Assembly (NCBI RefSeq): GCF_964355755.1 | Contig: NC_092671.1 | Span: 7,378,001 to 7,442,000 of the forward strand | Source of the DNA: Antedon mediterranea | Taxonomy: Eukaryota > Animalia > Echinodermata | Length of the DNA: 64,000 nucleotides | Direction: 5' to 3' | Shown: in pieces, positions 1-11,354 of the stretch | How the letters are laid out: each line of letters begins with the position of its first letter | Position numbering within the stretch: the stretch's first letter is position 1 | Position numbers and translations under genes: made by a program | Notes under the pieces: model-generated | What the model saw: the letters and a program-made list of their open reading frames with translations, nothing else | Database searches by the model: none | Told to the model about the DNA's origin: nothing

Positions 1-113
1 TTCTTACCCTGGGCGATGTTGAATGAGGGTGGACTGAGGGCTTGGTTTTGGCATTGGATCATCCCAACGCCTAAAAAGCACACACATATGGCAAATGTAA
101 TTTTAGAAGACAT
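1..113 (-). CDS. 5' end (partial, runs off window) of a secreted protein, laminin alpha-3/5 (LanA)-like N-terminus
   Basis: ATG at 113-111 (A at -3) reads MSSKITFAICVCFLGVGMIQC-QNQALSPPSFNIAQGK: a signal peptide followed by an LxPPxFNxAxG motif like the start of the laminin alpha-3/5 LN domain (recalled LHPPYFNLAEG / LTPPYFNLATG). Confidence 0.65.
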   Translation of the reverse strand, partial: MSSKITFAICVCFLGVGMIQCQNQALSPPSFNIAQGK

Positions 114-269
114 TATCGCAATATATTTACCTATTACGAAAAAAGGTTTAGGCACACAGTGCAGCACATTTAACCCAACCACTTTCTTCGGTCGCTCTCA
201 ATCAGTGATTAGATTTGTTTACTAAGCACGATGACGATTAGGTGATAGTGGAGGGCTTTGCATGATTTC

Positions 270-280
270 AACCAATCAGA
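270..280. promoter_or_regulatory. CCAAT box (NF-Y-like) in the putative promoter of the laminin-like gene
   Basis: AACCAATCAGA in a CpG-richer stretch about 160 bp upstream of the ATG at 113. Confidence 0.3.
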
Positions 281-479
281 ACGCTCGAGGTAAACTTATT
301 ACAGCATGGGCCTATAAACACACACCAGGGAATTTTAATAGCAAATAGTTTGCGTGTGGCTGAATAAATCAATGAATAAATCACAAGAAAATCGGCACCT
401 TGTCGGAACATAATACCTTGGAATTGTTTTAAATGTTTTGCTTTTCTTTAATCTTGATGTGTGTGTGAATTAACAACCA

Positions 480-519
480 AAGATAAAGACAACACACTTA
501 ACATTTTCAGTACTTTATT
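480..519 (-). terminator. Putative distal poly(A) signal of BAZ2B-like gene
   Basis: AATAAA on minus strand (514-519) followed by a GU/U-rich element (TGTTAAGTGTGTTGTCTTT); implies a 3' UTR of about 3.2 kb. Other AATAAA at 1824, 2135 and 2636. Confidence 0.5.
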
Positions 520-754
520 CACAAATTCCTACAAGACACTATTAAAGTTACAAAGAATACGAAAAGCACACAACACTATTCAAGATGATAACCTCTTGAA
601 TTCTAATCGTTTTTAATAATTTAATTCTTAATTTAATCAAATAGAAGCACACTGATAAGTACTAAATCTGACGAATATCTGCCTCAGTCATGTGACATCA
701 CATGACACCGAAAGCAGCCTATATAAAACACTATAAATGAACCATCCATAATAT

Positions 755-1325
755 ATGGATGTGACTATTATAAAGGATAATCAACAATTCGGATATCACT
801 GTTACAGGACAATCCAGAATACAGGGATGTCATTATTAAGGGACAATCCAAAATACAGGGATGTCACTATGATGGGACAATCTGCAATTATAAGAATGTC
901 ACTCTATTATGAAGGAACAATCCAATATACATGGATGTCACTCTATGAAAGGACAATCCACTATACATGGATGTCACTCTATTATGAAGGAACAATCCAC
1001 TATACATGGATGTCACTCTATGAAAGGACAATCCACTATACATGGATGTCACTCTATGAAGGGACAATCCACTATACATGGATGTCACTCTATGAAGGGA
1101 CAATCCACTATACATGGATGTCACTCTATGAAGGGACAATCCACTATACATGGATGTCACTCTATGAAGGGACAATCCAAAATACAAGGATGTCACTATG
1201 ATGGACAATCCACAATATAGGTATGTCGTTATGATGGGACAATCCACAATATACAGCCTATGAAAGGACAATCCACAATTCATGGATGTCTACTAAAAAG
1301 GACGATCCACCATACAGAGATCAGG
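755..1325. repeat. 33(-36)-bp minisatellite
   Basis: Unit GGACAATCCACTATACATGGATGTCACTCTATGAAG-like; near-identical core 940-1170, degenerate edges. Confidence 0.95.
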
Positions 1326-3741
1326 ATAACTACAAAGGTAAAAAGACAAATTAAACACTTAACAGCTTTTTAAAGTCGTAAGGATAGTAACGTAACCAAA
1401 GACAACAGAATTCATAGTAATTCTGCATTACGTAACATACTAAAAATTGTTTGGAGATATACAACATTGGATACATCAGACAGAAAAACAAAATCTAAGT
1501 TCTTTATCCTACAAATTTACACAAATTTCTCGCACACAATAAACAGTGTTCATAAATAGCATAGCATTTGTTTATATCGTGTATGGTAAAGCTATTTTTT
1601 GTTATCGTAAAAAAATGTAATGTAGCCTATACAAAGCTTATCGAAAACAGCTCCTTTGTACATAATCTGCTATAATTACAAGTTCATTCAACAAATTGAG
1701 ATCTACAAATTAACATTGTTTTTGTTAATTTAAATTAGTATTTAGACAGACTTATTGGTTCATTGATTACATTAATTCGGGAATGATCCGTGATATAATA
1801 CTACAGAATGAATTAATACACTATTTATTTGAATACTGTACATAACAATATACGATGTAACAAACAAAAAAATGTATTCTTAAATATCCTAAAAACACTA
1901 TTCACATTTGTCAAAGCATTTTTTTAACTCAAAAAGAAACTACTACGGTAATATCTTAGTAATAAATACAATAACACAAATACATTATCACCATGGTAAC
2001 TGTTTGTATATAGTATCCATAGCTACTGTAAACGAATAGTATCTATGGTTACTGGACACTGTAAATAGGTTAAATAAACATATAACATATAATAACAAAC
2101 AGTACTAATTACACCAGGGATAATAGTAGTTATCTTTATTATAGGCCTACGATAATCAACTAATACTAATTTAACCGGATTTTCTTTAAATTAAATATTT
2201 TAATTATTTAAATTTTAGAGAAATATTAATATTTTGCAAGTAATTTTTTAAATAGATATTGCAGCATTTAATGATGACTGTCATACATTTTTTTTTTTAA
2301 TATAAAGAAATTTAAAAAGTATTAAATCTGAGTTTACCCTAGGAATAATTAATAATATTATTGATACTGGATTCAAAACAACTTTGAAACAAACTTGAAA
2401 ATAAATATTTACCTAGGACAAGAGAATACATAAAAGCATTATGTTCTTATAGACGTTAAAACACCAATGAAACAGCTTGACAAAATTGGACAGTCTTCAT
2501 ATAAATATTTTTCTTAGAAAAAATACACTTAGAAATGTTCATTCATTTTTGTCTAAATAATATGATTACCATTTCAATATCAACTAGATTTTAACTATAA
2601 TAGTTACAATTACAAATTTCATTAAGACTTTATCGTTTATTTTGGTTTTTGCTTCGTCACTATGCTACCTTTCCATTGGTCATTATGGCAAAATTTTTAC
2701 ATATTTTATCAACAAAACATAAATGATCAAATTTATACTAACATCATATCCATTTTAAAAACAAATATGGAACTTTAACAAAACAAAAATCTAAACAATA
2801 AGGAAAAATGCTACATAATATGCAATAAATTTAGGCATAGTTGGCCTTCCATAAACAATGCCTCCCATACCTTCTAGGAACCGCTCTATCTATATCTAAC
2901 ATTCTTTTCCTTAAACTTGCAATCTAAAACTATAACATGCACATATTCTAGTTCTCTTCATGTTCTTATCTACATCCTTTACAATTAGCATCTTAAAACT
3001 CGTTTCATCAAAACTAAATGATAATTTGACCTTCAAAAATGATGTGAGCATATCTTTCAATTAAAATACCCTCTACCTCTTAGACATTTCTTCAATACAC
3101 TCACTCTAATCATATTTCATTACTTATTCAAGGTAATATAAACAATATACAGATAGTTTAAAATATTCAACTAAGAATGGAGTCAAAGATGAATGGTTAT
3201 ATGGATTGTACAACTAGATATGTTATTACAATGATGATAATGACCCAATGATAAATCAGTCCAACATTATGATAATAATAATGATGACAATAAGGAAGGT
3301 ACTGCAGATGATATTTATAAATAATGGCGATGATAACAGTGAATGAAACTCAAAATGGATGGGTTTCTAAAAGGCAAAGTTGTTAAAAGGTGATTGAGAC
3401 ATAATAAATCGCAATGTTAAAACGCAAAATGCAAAAGCCCGCATATTCAGAATTTATCATTCAGTAATAACACAAAAATGTGTTTCAATAGAAGACTCTA
3501 AAATAACCATAACACATGTGCAACTGTGTTCACAATATAACATGACTGGAATATACATTTCCTATTCGCTGACCATATATGGTCTGTACACTACAATCTG
3601 TTTTAGCTATTAAGAAAATAAAATAAAGATTATAACAGGAAGAGAATCATTAAACAATGTTTAAACAAATTTGGTTTTATGATTTGACCGTTCAGTCATT
3701 TTTGGAAAGATTTCACATGGAGAGTTTAGTGACCCTTTTTA

Positions 3742-3895
3742 CTATAAATCTCTTTCGATATCTGACCACCGTTCCTCAAAGTACGATCTCAATTGGTGTC
3801 CAGCGAAGCCAACATCGGAGTCATCCTCATTAAATGTTTCACAATTATCAAAGATTGTTCGGACATCTATGGCAAAATCTTCTGGACATGAGTAC
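3742..3895 (-). CDS. BAZ2B: BAZ2B exon 32, bromodomain C-half and stop
   Basis: ttcag acceptor; [43 protein letters not shown]...L TAG. Confidence 0.97.
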
Positions 3896-4111
3896 CTGAA
3901 AATCAGAAAAACAAACACAAATATTTTAATCGTCGTACAAATAATGAAAATGGTCACAGACTTATGTTATAGTGACTTGATTGGCTTTATTGTTCCTGCC
4001 TATTGTCTCAGTCTTATGTAGATTTGGCAATAAAAGAATAAGAATAACCTCAAACAAATTTAAATATTCATTTATAATTAGTTTATAATAAAAAAAAAAT
4101 CATTTACTCAC

Positions 4112-4255
4112 TGATTATCCTTAAGTTTGCTGCGAATCGTGTGTAAATCCATTGGTGTTTTTATAACCTTTTTGTATATTGGGAATCTCTTTAAGTCTAC
4201 TGGATACAGGAATGGTTCGGCCTTTTCATGCTTCTCTAACTCTGTTAATAATTGT
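4112..4255 (-). CDS. BAZ2B: BAZ2B exon 31, bromodomain N-half
   Basis: tag/gtgagt, phase 2-2; QLLTELEKHEKAEPFLYPVDLKRFPIYKKVIKTPMDLHTIRSKLKDNQ. Confidence 0.97.
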
Positions 4256-4335
4256 CTATAGGAAGTAAAAAAAAAACATTTAAAAATTGTAATTAAAATA
4301 AGCCCCTACACACCTCTTTCACAGTCACTTTGTTA

Positions 4336-4578
4336 AGCCCGTTGTCCACTAGGCAAATTTATTTGCGCAAATCAAACACGCATGCTTATTCATGTTTAAT
4401 CTTCCTTCTCTGCGATGTTCAAGAAAATGAGTTCATGAGCATGCTAATTTAAAAGCAGACACGCGATCATGGAAATGAAATTTGCAGCTGTTTTCTCTTA
4501 TAGTGGAAAGTGTAGCGCGATGTTCTCTATGCAAAATGTTGGATTGGCTAAAAAAAATCCCCTTGTAGAAAGCAGGCT
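4336..4578. mobile_element. Degenerate PIF/Harbinger-type MITE
   Basis: Imperfect TIRs AGCCCGTTGTCCACTAGG / CCTTGTAGAAAGCAGGCT (13/18 match), TTA on left flank. Confidence 0.5.
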
Positions 4579-4673
4579 TCTCAAAACTCTTTCTGTTGAT
4601 ATTTGTATAGTGATGGTTGATGATAGAAAGAAGATGAAAGAAAGTCTATTCCAACTAACCAAACAAGACTTAC

Positions 4674-4892
4674 TTGCATGGCGCCATGGCAGGGTTCAGC
4701 TTCTTACTGCTCTTCCGCCTGTCAGACTTATCTTCAGACTTTGGTTTGGAATCAGCTTTTGTTTTTTCAGGAGTGTCAGGTGTGGGAGTGCTACACCCAT
4801 CTTCTTTTTTGCCTTTGTTTTTCTTCTTTTGGCTCTTAGCTTTGTCTTTGGCTTTAATACATGGAGGACATAACCATTTGCCTCTTGGAAAT
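4674..4892 (-). CDS. BAZ2B: BAZ2B exon 30, end of PHD2 and Lys-rich linker
   Basis: cag/gtaagt, phase 2-2; FPRGKWLCPPCIK...KKLNPAMAPCK. Confidence 0.95.
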
Positions 4893-5248
4893 CTGCCAAT
4901 CATAAATATGGTACTATTTAAACTTTTGAATTATTTATATTTTTAGCTGAAATACAATTCAGTGATCCATCCAGCAATTGCTGACCATTAGGGACCTTCA
5001 GCAGTTCACAAGACAAACATATACACAAGGTGTTCTACATAAACAAAGTCTTATTACAAGTCTTTGGGAGTGGAGTTGTAATTTTGTCCTTAGAAAAAAT
5101 CCTGACATGTGACGGGAATTGAACAAATTATTGTAAGTCTTGTCTTATAGAATTTCAGGGTGACAAAAATGTTTCCTCTTTTAATCAAAAACTAATATAA
5201 TTACACTCCAAACAACACAAAAGAATAGTTTGTAATTAAATTGGTTCT

Positions 5249-5380
5249 CAAAAAGAGTGTGATATGCTCCAATATGGTAGTGATATGCCCAAATATGATA
5301 GTGATATGACATCATCATGTCCATATATGGGCAAATTACATTTTTTTTTTCACATAAAGTTTGATAGTGTAGACAGAGCT
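5249..5380. mobile_element. MITE family A copy (one end truncated)
   Basis: Ends in AAAGTTTGATAGTGTAGACAGAGCT; internal sequence shared with copies at 6801, 13641, 19070 and 35823. Confidence 0.85.
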
Positions 5381-5423
5381 TTTAATAGACAATCCATGGG
5401 AAACTGGTCTCTCATTTACTTAC

Positions 5424-5536
5424 TTGCTGAGAGGTGGGTCAAGGCAGTCAATGTGGTATGAACGTGGGCATTTATCGCACTTCACTAACTTGCCTGTCTT
5501 CTCGCATTCATTGCAAATACCTGGTTTACCAGTAGC
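5424..5536 (-). CDS. BAZ2B: BAZ2B exon 29, PHD finger 2
   Basis: cag/gtaagt; [38 protein letters not shown]. Confidence 0.95.
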
Positions 5537-5855
5537 CTGAAAACAATATTATGAATATGGATATTAATACAATGCTTTAAAAAATACGATGAAATAACTT
5601 GCAATATATTCTCATTATACTTAGTATAAAATGAAATATATGTCAGATTAGGAAGAATGACAAATTAGAAGCAATAAAATTCCTGAATGTAATACTCAAA
5701 ATGTTTTCTGAACTGGATTTCATGAAATCAGACTTCATGAGATACAAAAAAAAAGGAAAAAAATTGCAAAGCCTAATAATGAGATGGGCGTTTTGGTCAT
5801 GTGAAGTATCCTAGGATGACATATCTTAAGCTCCACCAAAATAGAAGCAGTGTAC

Positions 5856-6002
5856 CTTGGAAACACACTCCATACAGAACCAGTTTCCTTCGGGAATACT
5901 CTCCATCTTTGGAACAACACAATAAGTGTGGAAGCCTTTGTCGCATCCATCGCAAATAAGTAGCAATGCCTCATTTTCGCCATCTCTACATAACTGACAA
6001 AA
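5856..6002 (-). CDS. BAZ2B: BAZ2B exon 28, PHD finger 1
   Basis: tag/gtacac, phase 0-0; FCQLCRDGENEALLLICDGCDKGFHTYCVVPKMESIPEGNWFCMECVSK (C4HC3). Confidence 0.97.
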
Positions 6003-6239
6003 CTAAACCAAAAGCAAAGCAAATAAACTTTATTAAATTAAAATTTGCAACTTTTTATAAAATAAATTTAATCAAAAGAAATAATTTTAGCAAAAAAATA
6101 ATAATGTGCACTTACCATTGTATGATATATAAAAAATAAAATGCAAAATATTTACGATTTAGAAAAAATTTAAATTGATAGGAGTGGGCACGTTAACACT
6201 TCCATCTCGTAAACTTATTCCCTCTAAAAGGAAACTTAC

Positions 6240-6381
6240 CACTTTCATTATAGACTTTTCCCAAGCAACACATTTTTCTAAGGTTCGGATACAGACATGG
6301 ACTTGCGAGGCTGCTGTACATTTACCTACAGCTGTACGCCATTTTTGGAGGGCTGGACAAACGTCATCTTCATCGTCATAT
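6240..6381 (-). CDS. BAZ2B: BAZ2B exon 27
   Basis: cag/gtaagt; ...WRTAVGKCTAASQVHVCIRTLEKCVAWEKSIMKV (AWEKSIMKV conserved). Confidence 0.96.
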
Positions 6382-6800
6382 CTGAAGAAACAAAAGACAA
6401 GATGATAAACATACTCTTCTACAAACATCAATGTGAGTAGGTTTATGTGTAAATAAAGTTTCGAGGTCTGAAAACTGAAATTATTATTATATTAACTTCT
6501 ATCAGGCAAAAAAATACATTTATGTAAGATGATTTATGACGGATGATTTTGTCATCAATTTCTTTTCTGTTAATTAAATATATAATAAAATAATTTTATT
6601 AAAGTGATATAAAGTGCAAATAATACTGAATAAGCAAGTATAAAATCCACCATAATTAATAAAATGTTTATATTTCAACAATAACAATGAATACGATGAA
6701 GCTGCCGATGAAATCAATGATGGTGACAAACAATAAACTATAATTGTAGTGAAGTTAGTGAGTTGTGCAACCAGTCATTAAGTGAGTTTGGAATCTCTAA

Positions 6801-6939
6801 ATCTCTGTCTGCACTATGAAACTAGTTTGACAAAAAAAAGTGTGATGTGCTCAAATATGTTAGTGATATGACATTATCATGTCCATGTATGGGCACATCT
6901 CATCTGTTTTCAAAAAAGTTTGATAGTGTAGACAAGTCT
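6801..6939. mobile_element. MITE family A copy
   Basis: TIRs ATCTCTGTCTGCACTATGAAACT / AGTTTGATAGTGTAGACAAGTCT, flanks TAA/TTA. Confidence 0.85.
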
Positions 6940-7753
6940 TTAGAGAGAAAAAGACATCTTTGATGCATTTATAACTCCGATAATTTAATCAAATAAACAC
7001 ATAAAAGGTTTGCATGTAAAAGAAGAGAAAATCTTCAGGACTCATACTTCTGCTTAGGAATAAAGATTCAAAATACATTCTTTATTGAGAGATCACTTGC
7101 AATTATATAGGCTGTGATTTTGTACAGTAACATTTCGTTTCAGTCAACATATGTTACATAATATAATATGTACATTTCCTAGATATTTTTAGTACATGTT
7201 TTAGATATTTCAAACTCACCAACCAGGTACCAAAAATAAAAAATACTGCCACCAAACACACACACCAAATATATAACATATAATAATGTTTGGAAAACCT
7301 TACAACAATGGAATTATTATTATTATTAAAAGCAATATTATACCCGGGTAAAATTTTGTTCTGATATAAAATCTTCCAAAAACCTAATTATATGTCCAAT
7401 AGGAGTGGGATTACACCTGCATAAGTATGGTAATGACTGTGCTACAAATATTTTAATTTAAAGCAAAAATTGAAGGGAAAAAAAGTATATACGTGAATGT
7501 TAGAAAAATGTATTATTAAAATCATTTTAACCTTTAATCATTCATAAAGCAAACTCACGTTCTTTGAGACGCAGACGTTTTCACACATAGCAGACTCACA
7601 GGATGACTGCAACCACAATATATTAGTTATTTGTATTAATTAATTAAATATACTTATTTACTTAAAATCTAAAAATCCTGGGATTGGCATCTAATCATCT
7701 GAGTCTCCTAGATGGTTAATGGATATGGATAATAGATTGAAAATAAGGGAATC

Positions 7754-8038
7754 ATGCACCGAAATTGTAGGCACTGAAATTGTACGCACTGAAAACGAAT
7801 GCACTGAAATCAAATTCACTGAAATCGAATGCACTGAAAGGATATGCACTGAAATCGAATGCACTGAAATCGAATGCACTGAAATCGAATGCACTGAAAT
7901 CAAATGCACTGAAGTCGAATACACTGACAGGATATGCACTGAAATCGAATACACTGAAATCGAATGCACTGAAGTCGAATGCACTGACAGCATATGCACT
8001 AAAATTGACTACACTGAAATTAAATACACTGAAATCAA
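7754..8038. repeat. 15-bp minisatellite
   Basis: Unit GCACTGAAATCGAAT, about 19 copies; explains ORFs 7691-8055. Confidence 0.95.
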
Positions 8039-8105
8039 AAGGGCTGGGTGACTAACTACCTCAACTCATCAAAAATACACTGACCTAACAAACAAATATA
8101 CTCAC

Positions 8106-8266
8106 TTTCTACTGAGTGGAGGTTTAATATAACGTCTTTCGATTGATTTTTCAACATCTAACAGTCTTTGTGACGCTATCTCCATAAGGTTGGACCCGTT
8201 CTCATCTGCTTGTTCTAGGCTTGAAATGTGCTTTTTGTTAGAGATTTTCTCAGGCAGAGTCCAGCC
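8106..8266 (-). CDS. BAZ2B: BAZ2B exon 26
   Basis: tag/gtgagt; GWTLPEK...RLLDVEKSIERRYIKPPLSR. Confidence 0.95.
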
Positions 8267-8382
8267 CTAGAGAATAACAGAAATAAGTGTTAAGTATTTT
8301 TATTTGGCCTAAACTTATTGAGTACTAAAACTAAACAGTTTACAGTTAAAACATACTGAAATAACTTGATTTTTTATGTCAT

Positions 8383-8894
8383 TAGGGAGGTTTTCGCAAC
8401 CTTACGAATACGATAACGAAAACGGATACGTCACACATTTGTGAAACTTTTGAGCTGATCCCTATTTCATATTCGTAAAGCGTATTCGTGTTGACGAATA
8501 TCACCAGTCATATTCGTAACTACAAAACGAGTATAGTTTTTGAGCTATTTTGCACATTTTGCATTTGAATCAGGAATGATTCATGATTATATAATAATCA
8601 TACTTTTATTGAAAGTAATTTAATAAAGTAATTTACTAAAATGTCTGGTCAATTTTGATAAATAGCAGTTTTTAAAGTCCTCACTCGCTTTGATGTTACG
8701 CTAGGTCTAGGCAGCCAAGCACCAAGCAACACGTACCCGCGCTTCGCTCAAATTTACCGCAGTCATATTTTGGATGGGCCCTCAATATTTCGTTGCCATG
8801 CGAAACAGATTTTTACTGGCTTATGAAAAACGAATACGTGTGCGTGACGTATTTGTTTTCGTTATCGTATTCGTAAGATTGCGAAACCTCCCTA
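8383..8894. mobile_element. Non-autonomous DNA transposon (MITE) with about 50-bp TIRs
   Basis: TAGGGAGGTTTTCGCAACCTTACGAATACGATAACGAAAACGGATACGTCAC matches reverse complement of right end; 2-bp flank AT (or TA if termini are GGG). Confidence 0.9.
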
Positions 8895-9038
8895 ATAATT
8901 CTTTTTTAATTTAGGCTATTTAACATTGAAAGAAGCTCTGACAGAATTTTTCCAGAATGACAAATAAACTAGTTGTTTTAAGAGAAAGCTAAGTTAAATA
9001 ATATCAGAACTATGAATGTAAATAAAATAAATTCTAAC

Positions 9039-9211
9039 CTTAACCTGCATACTAGCGGAGTATATTTTTTCCTCCAGTGTCTCAATGGATTGTAGAAGAC
9101 TACGTTTGACATTGAAAAGGATCTTCTTTGACCAGTTGTCCTTGGAATCATGGGCTGGTGCTCCACCCACCATTTCAACTGAATTGTCTTCTTTGTTTTG
9201 CAGACTCTCAA
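9039..9211 (-). CDS. BAZ2B: BAZ2B exon 25
   Basis: tag/gttaga; ...LLQSIETLEEKIYSASMQVK joining GW. Confidence 0.93.
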
Positions 9212-9357
9212 CTAAAGTAGAAGTAACGTAGTAATTACATTTTTCATTCGCCACAAGTTAAAAAAAAGTATTGTTATATTATGTACGAATATTAAAAATG
9301 TATTTATGCAAATGCAGTTATTTTTTCTCTTTATAAAATAAAAAATAGTCAATTTAC

Positions 9358-9516
9358 TATGTTTATCAGTTTTTGTGGTGGCTTTGTAGGCATATTCAGA
9401 CATCTTTTGGAAGTTCTTCTGCATATTGCGTTCACGTATTCCACGCTGGTTGAGGTTTTTGATTACAGATTGGATCATTTCAGGTTCCGATATGTGGAAC
9501 CAACCATTTCGCAGCT
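9358..9516 (-). CDS. BAZ2B: BAZ2B exon 24, WHIM3
   Basis: cag/gtaaat, phase 1-1; LRNGWFHISEPEMIQSVIKNLNQRGIRERNMQKNFQK. Confidence 0.95.
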
Positions 9517-9897
9517 CTGAAAATAAAGAAAGAGAAGTTGTAACATACTTGTAACATATACAAGAGGAAAGGAATAGCTGTTTAATAAAATTAATTTATT
9601 GTTTTAATCAGATTGTTTTATTCTGTTAAACAATAGTATTAACAATCCATATGTATGTGTTTCAATCTTATACGACATATAGTTATCATTTACCTGTATT
9701 TTAAGGTCTAACAGGACAAGAAAAATTGTTTTTCTTCTGGTTTCGACCTTATTACTGTTTTATTTTCAAATAATTATTTTGAATTTATCTTGATCATATA
9801 CATTTTAAAATAAATTGTGCTGTCGCACAAATTAATCATTAAACAAAACATAAATCAAAGAAATATAAAAACAAAAATGTATGATGCAACTACATAC

Positions 9898-11218
9898 CAT
9901 CTGGAACTTGAATTAATGGTGAATTTTCTCTCTCATCCAACAACTTCTGCATATTGGCAATAGCTATATCCTCAGAAGCAAAGTCATCACTAGCATTATC
10001 ATCAAAAGGAGTAGACCTGTGACTAGATCCAGCGGCCATGGCTTGTGCATCCATAACAGTTGGTGACATGCCCTGTAGGCCCATAAACGGATGCATCTGC
10101 ATAGGCGACAGCCCAGGAAATCCGTACGGATTTAGGAACGAGTTCATTGGCTGCATAGGCATGATGGGGAACGGAAGTTGATAAATACTGTAAGGGGGTA
10201 AATTAAACATCGGTAACGAGGAGTGTTTCAAGGTGTTTGAGGTAGACGAATCGGAAACATGCATGCTAGCAAGAGTTGCTTCATCGCATGGGATGCGTGG
10301 TAATATACTAAACCACGGACTAGTGGCACCATTTAACTTCGCATCTAGTCCAGTCGGAAACACTGGACTTCCTGATACTACGGGGTAAGGAAAAAGTAAT
10401 GGGTTGTCCTGTTGGCTTAAATCGCCATACAATAAACTGCCATTCATTTCTGCATTGGCAGACTTGGTTGGTGTTTTTTTACCACTTTCTACAGATTTTT
10501 CCTTACTTTCTTTTGACTTAGTAGGTTCAATTGTTTTTCCATCTTTGTCTGTACTCTCAACATTTTCACACAATTCTTTCCGTAACGTATCCTCAATCAT
10601 CTTTGGCACATTTATTATGTTTAGTTTTGATTGTTCGGCCGATTTTGGTAACAACTTGTCGGGTTCATCTACCAGTTTTGCTTCACAATTGTCCGCAAAA
10701 CCATTCTGTACAATATTTGATTCTCCATTTGGTTTTAATTCCGATTCTTCCTCCATTTTTTCATCATTTGCTTCAATTTTGCTAACATCGTTTATATCAC
10801 CATTTTCTAAATTCATTGTTTTATCGTCATCTTTTACATTTTTTGATTCGCTATGTACAGTTTCATCAATTATTTTATCTTTTATTTCTTCTTTCGATTC
10901 TTCCTTTATGTTTACTTTCATTTCAATATGGGTTTCCTCTTTCACTTCTCCATTTATTGATTTATGAGCTTCTTCTTCAATTCCTTCCATATTCACATCA
11001 TCATTTCCTTCTTGCTTAATGTCTAATTTTTCTGGTTCATTTTTCACTTCAGTTTCTGGCAGCGCTTCAGGGAGTTCAGAACTTTCCATTCCTTCTACAA
11101 ACACTCCCCCAGCATGTGGCAAGACAAAGTAACGACGTCTGTAGCGATCCTGGCCAAAACAAATGCCTCGTAAGGAATGTGACTTGTTAAATACTTTACA
11201 TTTGAACTGTCCATGTTG
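9898..11218 (-). CDS. BAZ2B: BAZ2B exon 23 (1321 nt), WHIM2 and long disordered region
   Basis: tag/gtatgt; SHSLRGICFGQDRYRRRYFVLPHAGGVFVEGME ... WFSILPRIPCDE. Confidence 0.97.
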
Positions 11219-11354
11219 CTAAGGAGAGAAAAAAAAAGTTTAGCCATACAAATTAAATAATATATATAATCTTCTTAAACATTTAAACATCTTAACAATT
11301 TGAGTAATAATCCATGCATATATTTCTTTCTTCATTACACACTGACTGATTATA

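Noticed and set aside
8-70. Internal 63-nt exon suggested by ttttag and gtaaga
   Set aside because: Better explained as a continuous frame from ATG 113 with a signal peptide; these motifs fall inside codons
755-1283. Repetitive ORFs of 103-148 aa (also 7691-8055, 14618-15233, 18571-19049, 22288-23007)
   Set aside because: Translations of minisatellites, open in several frames or strands; no splice context or domain
7220-7245. AG...GTGAGT mini-exon
   Set aside because: 26 nt, frameshifting, poor acceptor context
10404-11019. Plus-strand ORFs (also 4469-4946, 27874-28128, 29904-30281)
   Set aside because: Antisense shadows of BAZ2 exons
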